Assembly (NCBI GenBank): GCA_963716745.1
Contig: OY970320.1
Location: 1,984,001-2,048,000 of the forward strand
Direction: 5' to 3'
DNA length: 64,000 nucleotides
From: an uncultured Gemmatimonadaceae bacterium
GTDB taxonomy: Bacteria; Gemmatimonadota; Gemmatimonadetes; Gemmatimonadales; Gemmatimonadaceae
Part shown: positions 9,888 through 19,013 of the stretch, in pieces
Layout of the letters: each line of letters begins with the position of its first letter
How positions within the stretch are numbered: the first letter of the stretch is position 1
Translations under genes and position numbers: made by a program
Notes under the pieces: model-generated
Database searches by the model: none
What the model was told of the DNA's origin: nothing
What the model saw: only the letters and a program-made list of their open reading frames with translations

Positions 9888-10493
9888 TTAATGCTTGAAG
9901 CCGATTCCGACGCCGAACTGCAGCAGTTGCACGCGTCCCTTCTCGCCATCGCCCAGCGAACCGCTATACGTCGCCTCCGAGAACTGCGTCAGATAATTTG
10001 CGAACGGCTTCACAATGAAACCGCCCTTCCCGATCGCCCAGTCGTAGCCCATCCCAATCCCGCCCGCGAAACCGCCCTCGGTGGTCGAACCCTCGCCGCT
10101 GAACTCGGCCTTCGACGATCCGTAGCCGAGGTTGAGCTTGAGGAAGAAATTGTCCTTGGCATTCGGGTAGAACGTCGCTGCCGCCGTGTAGAACAGCGCC
10201 GAGTAGTGTTGCTCGCCGGCGCAGAAGGGGCAGCCTCCCTTCAGATAGTTGGCCTCGATGCCGAACGCCCACTTCGGCCGGAGTCCCCAGCCCACCTGTG
10301 CGTACCACGTTGTCGCCATGGACGAGATCAATCCGTCACTCTCGCCGTCGAACGTGAATGCCGTGCTTTGTGAACCGTAGCCGCCTCCGACACTCGCGTA
10401 TAGCCCGTGGTGCGTGTCCACTTGAGCAGACGCCGCGCTGGCGATGACCGCGGTGCCCATGACAGCTGCAACGATCAGGAGAAAACGACGCAT
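9888..10493 (-). CDS. Outer-membrane beta-barrel protein, array copy 1
   Basis: ACCCTCGCAGGAGG RBS; signal peptide; ends GVGIGFKH. Confidence 0.85.
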   Translation of the reverse strand: MRRFLLIVAAVMGTAVIASAASAQVDTHHGLYASVGGGYGSQSTAFTFDGESDGLISSMATTWYAQVGWGLRPKWAFGIEANYLKGGCPFCAGEQHYSALFYTAAATFYPNAKDNFFLKLNLGYGSSKAEFSGEGSTTEGGFAGGIGMGYDWAIGKGGFIVKPFANYLTQFSEATYSGSLGDGEKGRVQLLQFGVGIGFKH

Positions 10494-10595
10494 GGTGCCT
10501 CCTGCGAGGGTTATTGCCCCGCTGTGCTGGCCGGGATGGCCACGGGGGGATTGGTGGGCGACCGCTAGACGTGGGCCGCCCTCCTACAGCGAAAT

Positions 10596-10620
10596 GACGA
10601 ATGTAGAATGGGGAAGTTTC
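10596..10620 (-). promoter_or_regulatory. Possible ECF-sigma promoter
   Basis: GAAAC-N16-CGTC in an AT-rich patch ~100 bp upstream of copy 1. Confidence 0.3.
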
Positions 10621-10666
10621 GGTTTTCTCTAATCTTTCTAATGCGAGCTTCCGGGGGCCATTTTCC

Positions 10667-11579
10667 CTATGCGGGCACCGTTCCCTCGGGCGCTTCCGAG
10701 ACGCCCTTCATGGCGGCGCGCAGGAGGCCCGCCGCCGTGTAAACGACGACGATGATCACCAGCCACCGCACCGCCGCGAGCGGCAAGCTCTTCACGATGA
10801 ACGCGGCGATCAACACGGCCGGAATGCTCCCGATCACGAGTCCGAGCGAGGCGCCAAGGTCGAACCGCCGGGCGCGCATGAACCGGTCGCTCGCTACCGG
10901 CATCAAGAACGCGCACGACCCCATCATGATCGGGAACGCCGCCACCGGATTCATTCCCAGCATGCTCACGAGGATCAGGCACGGCGCGTAGAGCCCGATC
11001 CCAAGGGTCATGAGCGCGCCCAGACGTCATGTTCACGACAATGGCGATGATGAGCTTGGTCCCCGTGAGCGCCAGGAGTTCGCCGCCCGACGGCACGAGT
11101 CCCAGCACACCGAGCAGCATGATGATCGCCGCCGCGAGCAGACACGCGCCCATGCCGATCTGGATGCGGCGCCTTGGCCAACTCGACACGATGCCGGCGC
11201 CGAGGAACGCGCCCGCCACGGCTGCGCCGATCATGAGGATCAGTGTGCGCGCGTCCACCGGTACGAGCTTCGTGAAGATGAACGCCTGCGTGATCGCGCC
11301 AATCGTGTGCCCGACGTTCAGCGTGCCCGGCACGAGTTCATCCCGCACCATCTTCCACTGGCGAAAGATCGCCGTGGTCGTCGCGAAGGATCCGATTCCG
11401 AGGGTATCGAAGAAGTTGGTGACGAATCCCGTGCCCACGGTGGCGGCATTCGGCGCGTGCGCGGCGCCGGCCATCGGATCGGCCCGGTCGACGCGAATGG
11501 CCACGTACAGGCGATAGAAATACCACGCCGTGAACGCGGCGAGTGCCAGGAGTAGGATGTCCTTCGCGTCGAAATTCAT
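10667..11579 (-). CDS. TauE/SafE-family (TSUP) permease, frameshifted near 11020
   Basis: NFFDTLGIGSFATTT, PGTLNVG and LMTLGIGLYAPC..GMNP..AFPIMMGSCAFLMP split over two frames. Confidence 0.8.
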
Positions 11580-11606
11580 TCCGCCTCGGGGAAAGTAGGA
11601 CGTGAA

Positions 11607-11644
11607 GGCGAGTGGGGAATTTCAGCAGGAATTCCCCACTCGCC
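11607..11644. repeat. Perfect 15-bp inverted repeat in a divergent intergenic region
   Basis: GGCGAGTGGGGAATT-N8-AATTCCCCACTCGCC. Confidence 0.8.
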
Positions 11645-11660
11645 GTCTAGATTCTGGCAT

Positions 11661-11675
11661 TGGCACCGTTCGCGC
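11661..11675 (+). promoter_or_regulatory. Possible sigma54 -24/-12 element for the TPR gene
   Basis: TGGCAC with GG-N10-GC spacing; -12 box imperfect (GCGC rather than TTGC). Confidence 0.25.
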
Positions 11676-11705
11676 GCCAGAGCGGCGTGCGGCATATTGG
11701 CGCGC

Positions 11706-12842
11706 ATGCGCTCCTTCCTCGCCTGCCTTCTCGCGCTCTCGGCGTTCGTCGCGCTGCCCTGTCGTGCGCAAGAGCCGATGCTGCCGCCCAAGATCGACAA
11801 GCAGCACGATCCCAACGACTGGGAGTCGTACTACGACATCGGTGTCGATCAGCTGCCCCGCATGGCGAGCAAAGCCGATGCGGCGTTCTACTGGGCGTCG
11901 CGCCACGACCCCACGCGCGCCGAGCCGATCTTCGGGCGGTGGGTGGCCTTCTGGATGGCGGACATCAGCGAATGGCAGGACTATCGCGAAGGCAGCCCGC
12001 GCGTCGTCGAACAGCACCAAACGCTCGCCGCGGACTCGCTGCGATACCACTCCTGGGAACGGAACCCGTTCGTGAACGAAGCGCTCGTCGCGCTCCTCGA
12101 TTCGAAAGCGTACGGCACCGCGTACGCCGCGGACCTCCAGTCGCAAGGCTGGGTGAACTACGTCAACCAGCGCTATCAGGACGCGATCACGAAGTACACG
12201 GCGGCCCTGGGCGACGGCACGAAGGAGCGGTATCTGATCCACTTCGAGATCGCGCTCGTGTATACTCAAATGGCGCGGTACGACAGCGCCACATGGCACA
12301 TCGAGCGCTTGCTCGAGGCGATGCGGCGCGACGATCGAAAGAACATCGTGTATCTCTACAACTCGAAGGAGATGTTCGAGTACGCGCTTGGGCTCCTCTA
12401 TGCCTCGCAGGGGAAGACGGCCGAGGCGCGTGAGGCGCAGGCGCGCGCGCTCCAGGAGAATCTCGGGTTCGCGCCGGCGCACGCGGAGCTCGGACGCCTC
12501 GCACGGCTGCGCAACGATGACCGCACGGCGGCGGAGGAGTACGGTCTCGCCGTGGAGCTCGCGCCGGCCGATGGCGCGATGCGCTACTGGTACGGCAAAG
12601 CGCTGCTGCGCTCGAAGCGCACGGACGAAGCCACGGAACAGCTCCGCACCGCGGTGCGCTTGGAGCCATACTTCGCCGATCCGTATCTCACGCTCGGCGC
12701 GGCGTATGAAGCGAAGAGCGACAGCATGAAGGCGATCGCCTCGTACCAGGAATTCGTGAAACGCGCCCCGCGCCGCGCCGCCGAGAACATCGCGTTCGCC
12801 ACCGGGCGCATCGTGGAACTCGGCGGCAAGCCCCCGTCTTAG
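11706..12842 (+). CDS. Exported tetratricopeptide-repeat protein
   Basis: Signal peptide ending CRA-Q; several TPR helices (AHAELG, AVELAP, AVRLEPYFADPYLTLG). Confidence 0.8.
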   Translation: MRSFLACLLALSAFVALPCRAQEPMLPPKIDKQHDPNDWESYYDIGVDQLPRMASKADAAFYWASRHDPTRAEPIFGRWVAFWMADISEWQDYREGSPRVVEQHQTLAADSLRYHSWERNPFVNEALVALLDSKAYGTAYAADLQSQGWVNYVNQRYQDAITKYTAALGDGTKERYLIHFEIALVYTQMARYDSATWHIERLLEAMRRDDRKNIVYLYNSKEMFEYALGLLYASQGKTAEAREAQARALQENLGFAPAHAELGRLARLRNDDRTAAEEYGLAVELAPADGAMRYWYGKALLRSKRTDEATEQLRTAVRLEPYFADPYLTLGAAYEAKSDSMKAIASYQEFVKRAPRRAAENIAFATGRIVELGGKPPS

Positions 12843-12870
12843 AGTTATTCCCTTCGCGACGGTACTCCAC

Positions 12871-13398
12871 ATGGCCACCGACCCGCGTTACCCGATCGGG
12901 AAATTCTCGCCTCCAACGACGTTCACGCCGGAGCTGCGTCTCCGGAACGTCGCCGACATCGCGGCCGCGCCGGCCGCATTGAAGGCGGCGGTGAACGGCC
13001 TCAGCGCTGCGCAGCTGGATACGGCATACCGCGACGGAGGCTGGACCGTCCGGCAGGTCGCGCACCACCTGGCGGACAGTCATGCCAACGCGTATGTCCG
13101 CGTGCGATTCGCGCTCACCGAGAATGCGCCCGCCATCAAAGCGTACGAGGAGGCGGATTGGGCCAAACTCCCCGACGCCATGAGCGCTCCGGTGGAGCAC
13201 TCGGTGGCGCTCGTGGACGCGCTGCACGCGCGGTGGGTGGCGCTGCTTCGCGCGCTCACTCCCGCGCAGTGGGCGCGCACGTACACGCACCCGCAGAACG
13301 GCGTCGTCTCACTCGATTGGGTGGCGTCGCAATACGCGTGGCACGGAAAACATCACGTGGCACAGATCAATACCCTGCGGAGCAGGGAGGGATGGTGA
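12871..13398 (+). CDS. yfiT: YfiT/BstA-family (DinB superfamily) thiol S-transferase / metal-dependent hydrolase
   Basis: DPRYPIGKF, YRDGGWTVRQVAHHLADSH and YAWHGKHHVAQI motifs. Confidence 0.9.
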   Translation: MATDPRYPIGKFSPPTTFTPELRLRNVADIAAAPAALKAAVNGLSAAQLDTAYRDGGWTVRQVAHHLADSHANAYVRVRFALTENAPAIKAYEEADWAKLPDAMSAPVEHSVALVDALHARWVALLRALTPAQWARTYTHPQNGVVSLDWVASQYAWHGKHHVAQINTLRSREGW

Positions 13399-13401
13399 AG
13401 G

Positions 13402-13475
13402 CGTGCATGGTGCTTCGTGCATCGTGCCTCGGCTCTGCTCTCCTCGTTGCTCGTCGATGCACGATGCACGATGAG
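13402..13475. repeat. Heptamer inverted-repeat element (CGTGCAT / CGATGCA family)
   Basis: Period-7 arms; 13416-13427 pairs perfectly with 13459-13470. Confidence 0.75.
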
Positions 13476-14496
13476 CGCGAGTAGACCCCGCATCGTTCCC
13501 GCCGAGGAGGAGAAGGACCTCGGCTTCGGGTCGGTGGTCGCGAACGAGCGCGGCCATCGGCTGCTGAATCGCGACGGGACGTTCAACGTCGCGCGCGATG
13601 GGCTCAGCGCGGCGGAATCGCTGAGCCCCTATCACTGGCTGCTCACGATGTCGTGGGCGCGCTTCTTCGCATTGCTGACGGCGCTCTATCTCGTGGCGAA
13701 CGCGCTGTTCGCGGTGGGATATCTGCTGTGCGGCGCCGGCGCGCTCGCATCGCCGCCGACGGGGATGCCGGAAGGGCGTTTCCTGCAGGCGTTCTTCTTC
13801 TCGGTGGAGACGTTCGCGACGATCGGATACGGGAACATCTATCCCGTGGGCACCGTCCCGAACATGCTGATGACGCTGGAGTCGATCGCGGGGTTGATGG
13901 CGGTCGCGCTCGCTACGGGTATCGTGTTCGCGCGATTCGCGCGCCCGCAGGTGCGCATCCGGTTCAGCCGTCGCGCGATCATCGCGCCGTATCGCGGGAT
14001 CACCGCGTTCGAATTCCGGATCGCGAACGAGCGCAACACGCAGATGGTGGAGTTGCAGGCGAAGGTGCTGCTCAGCCGCTTCGAGATGAAGAACGGACAC
14101 CCCTCGCGCCAGTTCCGTGAGCTCGCGCTGGAGCGGCGCCAGGTGGTGTTCTTCCCGCTGTCATGGACGATCGTGCATCCGATCGACGAGACGAGCCCGC
14201 TCTACGGCCTCACGCACGACGACCTGGTGCGGAGCGACGCCGAGTTCCTGATCCTGCTCAGCGGCTACGACGAGACGTTCGCGACGACGCTGCACACGCG
14301 CACATCCTACCGCGCGGATGAGATCGACTGGGATGCCCGTTTCAAGAGCATCTACACGACGCCGGGCGACGGGGGCATCATCCGGATCGACGTCGGGAAG
14401 CTGGACGAGGTGGAGCACGGCGCAGGGGCGGAGACGCAGCACACGCACCGGGCGTCGGTGATCGATAATCCGCCGATCAGGTGGCCGAGCATTTAA
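13471..14496 (+). CDS. Inward-rectifier potassium channel (KirBac type)
   Basis: Two TM helices, pore FFFSVETFATIGYG, ARFARP..I.FS, RIANER and WTIVHPIDETSPLYG. Confidence 0.92.
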   Translation: MSASRPRIVPAEEEKDLGFGSVVANERGHRLLNRDGTFNVARDGLSAAESLSPYHWLLTMSWARFFALLTALYLVANALFAVGYLLCGAGALASPPTGMPEGRFLQAFFFSVETFATIGYGNIYPVGTVPNMLMTLESIAGLMAVALATGIVFARFARPQVRIRFSRRAIIAPYRGITAFEFRIANERNTQMVELQAKVLLSRFEMKNGHPSRQFRELALERRQVVFFPLSWTIVHPIDETSPLYGLTHDDLVRSDAEFLILLSGYDETFATTLHTRTSYRADEIDWDARFKSIYTTPGDGGIIRIDVGKLDEVEHGAGAETQHTHRASVIDNPPIRWPSI

Positions 14497-14499
14497 CGG

Positions 14500-14605
14500 C
14501 GCGGGAAGCGGGACGCGGGACGCGCCGCGGGAAGCGATGAACTGCGCGAGGAGCCCCCGCGCTGTTTACGCATCCCGCGGCGCTTCCCGAGTCCCGCTTC
14601 CCGCG
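14500..14605. repeat. GCGGGAA-heptamer inverted-repeat element
   Basis: 37-nt arms (14500-14536 / 14569-14605) with 3 mismatches, between convergent genes. Confidence 0.85.
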
Positions 14606-14609
14606 TAGT

Positions 14610-15500
14610 TCAGTCCTGCACCGCCATGCCCATCGCGTGGTATCCCTTGTCCACGTAGAGCACGGTGCCCGTGATCCCGGAGGCGAGCGGGGAGCTGAGA
14701 AACGCCGCCGCTGCGCCGACTTCAGATGCCTTCAGCGGTTCAGTCAGCGGAGCGTTGTGCGAGACGTAGGCGACCATCTTCTCGATGATGCCGATCGCGC
14801 TCGCGGCGCGTGAAGCGAGCGGGCCGGCGGAGATGCAGTTGACGCGCACACCATGGGCGCGGCCCGCCTCGTACGCGAGCACGCGCGTGTCGCTCTCGAG
14901 CGCGGCCTTGGCGGTGGACATGCCGCCGCCGTAGCCGGGGATCACGCGTTCGCTCGCCATGTAGGTGAGCGAGCAGAACGATCCGCCCGGGCGCATGAGC
15001 GGCGCGAGCCGGTTCACCATCGCGACGAGCGAATACGCACTCACGCTGATCGCCGTGAGATATCCGGCGCGGCTCGTCTCGAGCAGCGGCTTCTTCACTT
15101 CGGGCCCGTTCGCGAGCGAATGGAACACGATGTCGAGCGGGCGCTCGCCGAGGTCGGCCACCAGGCGCGCCGCCATCCCCTCGATCGAGAAGTCGCCGGT
15201 GTCCTTGTAGCGCTTGTTCTCGCGGATCTCGGCCGGCGCTTCGCCGAGGTTCGTGAACGCGGCATCCAGCGGGTAGATCTTCTCGAATTGCAGCAGCTGC
15301 CCGTTCGACAGTTTGCGTGACTCGTCCATCTTCCCGCGCTCGATGAGGTTCAGGAAGATGTTGAGCGCGGGGGGCCAGGTACCAACGACAACTGAGGCTC
15401 CTGCTTCGGCGAGCGCATGCGCGACGGCGAAGCCGAAGCCGGCGTCGTCGGCGACGCCGGCTACGAGGGCGCGTTTACCTCTAAGGTCGATGTTCAGCAT
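14610..15500 (-). CDS. fabI: Enoyl-ACP reductase, Chlamydia/plastid type
   Basis: GVADDAGFG, VGTWPP, IYPLDA, HSLANGPEV, YGGGMSTAKAALESD and ISAGPLASRAA motifs. Confidence 0.92.
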   Translation of the reverse strand: MLNIDLRGKRALVAGVADDAGFGFAVAHALAEAGASVVVGTWPPALNIFLNLIERGKMDESRKLSNGQLLQFEKIYPLDAAFTNLGEAPAEIRENKRYKDTGDFSIEGMAARLVADLGERPLDIVFHSLANGPEVKKPLLETSRAGYLTAISVSAYSLVAMVNRLAPLMRPGGSFCSLTYMASERVIPGYGGGMSTAKAALESDTRVLAYEAGRAHGVRVNCISAGPLASRAASAIGIIEKMVAYVSHNAPLTEPLKASEVGAAAAFLSSPLASGITGTVLYVDKGYHAMGMAVQD

Positions 15501-15512
15501 GCGTCAATTATG

Positions 15513-15624
15513 ACGCGGGAAGCGGGAAGCGGGAAGCGCCGCGGGATGTCGAGAACCGTGACGCGAGAGCGACGCCGTTTCCCGCGCGGTTAACGCGGCG
15601 CTTCCCGCTTCCCGCTTCCCGCGT
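15513..15624. repeat. GCGGGAA-heptamer inverted-repeat element
   Basis: Perfect 31-bp arms (15513-15543 / 15594-15624) around a 50-nt spacer. Confidence 0.9.
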
Positions 15625-17057
15625 TCGAGTCCCGCGCGAATTCCCCCACCATCGCGATGAGCTCGACCATATCGGATTCCCGCGTCCGATGCCCAATGGG
15701 ACAGATGCGCAGCGAGAACGCGCCGCGCACGCGCGTGGATGAGATGAAGAATTTCCCGCGCGGCGTTCACGCGCTGGAGGATGCGCTCGTTCAGCGCGTC
15801 GAGCTGGGACGCCGGCACGCCGGCGGGCGCCGCGCGGAAGCACAGGATGCCCAGCGTCGCCGGCGCCAGCACCTCGAGATCGCGAGTCGCCCGCACTTCG
15901 CGCTCGGCCACCGGCGCCAGACCCAGGCTGTACTCGATCGCGGCGGCGAGCGCGTCGGTGCCGTAGTACTGCACGTTGAGCCACACCTTGATGCCGCGCG
16001 CCATGCGCGAGAGCTGCTCGCCGTAGTCCGCGAAATTCACTTCCCCGCCGCTCGTCTCGGTGTCCTTGAGATACTCCGGCAAGATGTGGAACGCGGCCTT
16101 GAGACGGCGCGGGTCCCGCGCGATCAGGCAGCCGCATTCGAACGGCACGTACAGCCACTTGTGCGGATCGAGCGTGACGGAGTCGGCGCGCTCGAGTCCC
16201 GCGAGCGCCTCGCGGCCGCGCGGTGCGAGCACGGCGAATCCACCATACGCGGCGTCCACGTGCATCCAGATCTTCTCGCGGGCGCACAGATCGGCGATCG
16301 CGTGCAGCGGATCCACGGCACCGGTGTTCGTCGTGCCGGCGTTCGCGGCCACCATGAGTGGGATCATTCCTTTCGCCCGGTCGTCGGCGATCGCGCGCTC
16401 GAGGTCGCCCGTGCGCAAACGGAAATCGGCGTCGCACGCGAGCAGGCGCACGTTCGCGCGCGGCACGCCCGCCATCCACGCGGCGCGCGCGACGCTCGAA
16501 TGCGATTGATCCGACGTGTACAGCGTGAGCCGCGCGATCCGCGTTGCATCGTCGCCCACCGCCTCATGCCGCGCGGCGACCACTGCGGTGAGATTCGCCC
16601 CCGAACCGCCGTTCGTGAGCAGCCCGCTCGCTCCGGCCGGCATGCCGATCCATGCGCGCACCCAGTCGAGCACGACGATCTCGACCTCGCTCGGCCCGCC
16701 GGCGATCTGCCATGCGCCGCCGAAGAAATTGTAGCCCGTCGCGAGCCAGTCGCCGAGCACAGCCGGAAAGGCCGGCGAGCTCGGCACGTACGCGATGAAG
16801 CCGGGGTGCGGCTCGAGCGCGGCGTTCTTGAACACGCGCTCGCGCAGCGTCGTCAGGATCGTCTCGAAGTCGCCTCGCGCGCGCGGCGCCGGACCTGCGA
16901 TCAGCCGGTCGGCCTCGGCGCGCGTGATCGCGGTGTACGCCGGCTTCGAACGCAGCGACGCGAGGTGGTCCGCGACAATGTCGGCAACGCGCCGCCCATG
17001 CGCGCGCATCGTGGCTTCGTCGAGATCGAGATTCGCCAGCGGAGACGGATCGGCCAT
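15590..17057 (-). CDS. Group II PLP-dependent amino-acid decarboxylase, frameshifted near 15760
   Basis: GGSGANL, HSSV, AGTTNTGAVD, HVDAAYGG and DPHKWL; corrected C-terminus GKFFISST...LRIC ends at TAA 15590. Confidence 0.9.
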
Positions 17058-17130
17058 GAGATTCTACGGGGTGGGTGGCACGCGGTGTCGTGCGCCATAG
17101 CTTACTCGGCGTGACCGACCGCGACCAGCG

Positions 17131-18325
17131 ATGACCCTCACGACTCCCGAGTCCCGGCTCCCAAGTCCCGCGATCACCCGGCGCTCCAGCGCGCTCTTCA
17201 CGCGCGGACTGTGGCGGACCGCTATGGCGGCGGCGTCCGACGGCAACACCGTGGGCCTCCTTCGCGATGGACCCGAGACCTTCGATGCGATGATCGCCGC
17301 CATCGACGCCGCGGAGCACCGCGTCTCGCTGGAGACGTACCTGATGGTGAGCGACAAGACTGGGCAGCGCTTCGGCGACGCCTTCGTGCGCGCGGCCCGT
17401 CGCGGCGTGCAAGTGCGCGTGATGGCCGATTGGGTCGGCAGCCGCGGCGTGACGGGCCAGTTCTGGCGCAGCTTGCGTGACGAGCGTGTGGAAGCGCGGA
17501 TCTTCAACCCGCCCGGTCTGCACCGGTGGCTGGGCGTGATCCCGCGCGATCACCGCAAGGTGTTCGTGGTGGACGATCGCATCGCGATCACTGGCGGGAT
17601 CGGCATCGCCGACCTGTGGCGCGGCACGGTACGACGCAGCCGGCGCGCGGCGTGGCGCGATACCGGCGTGCGCATCGAAGGACCGGCGGCCGTCGACATG
17701 ACCAGTGCGTTCGACACCATGTGGCGGCGTGCCGCCGGCGAGGAACCGCGCTACAAATGGCGCGCGATACGCGAGTGCGCGCGGCTCGGCCGTGGATCCC
17801 GACAACGCGAACGGCGCGGTAGTGGGGATCATCGAGGGCGAGCCCTGGCGCATGCGGCTCGCGCGCACCTACAACCTGCTCGCCACCGCGGCGCAGCGCA
17901 GTTTCTGGCTCGCCAGCGCCTACTTCTTCCCGTCCGACGCACAGATGGAATCGCTCGCGATCGCCGCGATGGACGGCGTAGACGTGCGCATCCTCGTGCC
18001 GGGCGCGTCGGACCATCCGTGGTTCGCGCGGCTCACGTCGCGCACCTACCCATATCTGCTTGCCGCCGGGGTGAAGATCTGGGAATGGAAGGGCGAGATG
18101 ATGCACGCGAAGTTCGGCGTGATCGATGGACAATGGGTGCGCGTGGGATCCACCGATTTCAACGTGCTCGGCGTGCAGGTGAACTACGAGATCGACGCCG
18201 TGATCCAGGACACGGTGCTCGCCGCCGCCGCCGAGAAGATGTTCGAAGAGGATCTCGCGAACTCCACGCCGGTCATGCGACGGCCCAGCCGCGGCATCCC
18301 GGTGCTGCCCGGCACCACGCCGTGA
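17131..18325 (+). CDS. Cardiolipin synthase / phospholipase D family, frameshifted near 17775
   Basis: Two HKD motifs (HRKVFVVD, HAKFGVID) in successive frames; WRDT; GSTDFN. Confidence 0.88.
17141..17170 (+). repeat. Degenerate CGACTCC/CGAGTCC heptamer tract
   Basis: cgactcc cgagtcc cggctcc caagtcc. Confidence 0.55.
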
Positions 18326-18888
18326 AGAGCGGCGTGTTCGTGGTGGCCGAACTCAGCGGTGCGGCCGCCGCGCGCGTGCTCGAAGTGCAGCGGTGGGCGG
18401 ATCCGCGCATGGCGGCAGGCACGCCACCGCATATCACACTCGCGGGTTCATCGGGCGCCGGGCCGATGCCCGCGAGCACGCCCGCCTCGCGCATCCGCGA
18501 ACTCGTGGAGCCGATCACGAACGACACGGCGCCGATCACCGTGCAGTTCGAGCGGCCCCACCGGTTCATGCAGACCGACATCGTGGTGCTTCCGGTGGAC
18601 CCGCACGGGCCCATCCGCACGCTGCACGAGCGGATCGCCGGCAGCGGGCTGGAGTTCGAGCGCCCTCGCTTCGCGTTCTCGCCGCATGCGACGCTGTCGT
18701 TCTTCCCGCGGCTCACGCCGGCGATGGAGCGGCGGCTCATGGCGGTGCGCGTCGAGGAGGCGGTCGTGCTGAACAACATTCAGTTCTATGTCCAGATTGA
18801 GCCCAGCGCGCCGAAACTACTGCTCGAGCTGGCGCTCCGGGGTGCGGGAAGCGGGAAGCGGGATTCGCCGCGGGAGGCGGGAGCGTGA
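18322..18888 (+). CDS. 2H phosphoesterase (2'-5' RNA ligase family)
   Basis: Two HxT motifs (PPHITL, SPHATL); GTG start overlaps the upstream stop. Confidence 0.85.
   Translation: MKSGVFVVAELSGAAAARVLEVQRWADPRMAAGTPPHITLAGSSGAGPMPASTPASRIRELVEPITNDTAPITVQFERPHRFMQTDIVVLPVDPHGPIRTLHERIAGSGLEFERPRFAFSPHATLSFFPRLTPAMERRLMAVRVEEAVVLNNIQFYVQIEPSAPKLLLELALRGAGSGKRDSPREAGA
18844..18885 (+). repeat. Solo arm of the GCGGGAA element within the gene 3' end
   Basis: GCGGGAAGCGGGAAGCGGGATTCGCCGCGGGA matches the arms at 14500 and 15513. Confidence 0.7.
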
Positions 18889-19013
18889 TAGCTGCGACAG
18901 CGAGGCGAATGATGATGGAAATGGCCAGCGGCGTGACAGTCTAGGCCGGATCGGGCATTACTCTCAGGCGCTCCCGCCGTCTTCACGCTGAAGACCTCAA
19001 CGGATCGCCTGCG

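Noticed and set aside
6155..10493. Barrel array as an integron cassette array or DGR target set
   Set aside because: The palindromes are GC hairpins with U-tracts rather than attC sites (no RYYYAAC/GTTRRRY boxes). There is no integrase, reverse transcriptase or template repeat in the window.
2072..17800. Programmed ribosomal frameshifting in the split genes
   Set aside because: No slippery heptamers seen at the breakpoints, these families are not known to recode, and indels are pervasive in the assembly
17131..18888. 585-aa ORF as a PLD-2H phosphoesterase fusion
   Set aside because: Artefact of a frameshift in cls. The second HKD motif lies in another frame ending at 18325, overlapping the GTG of the 2H gene.
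18889..19013. Riboswitch upstream of the pilin gene
   Set aside because: Only a 7-bp hairpin (GTCTTCA/TGAAGAC); no c-di-GMP aptamer consensus recognised
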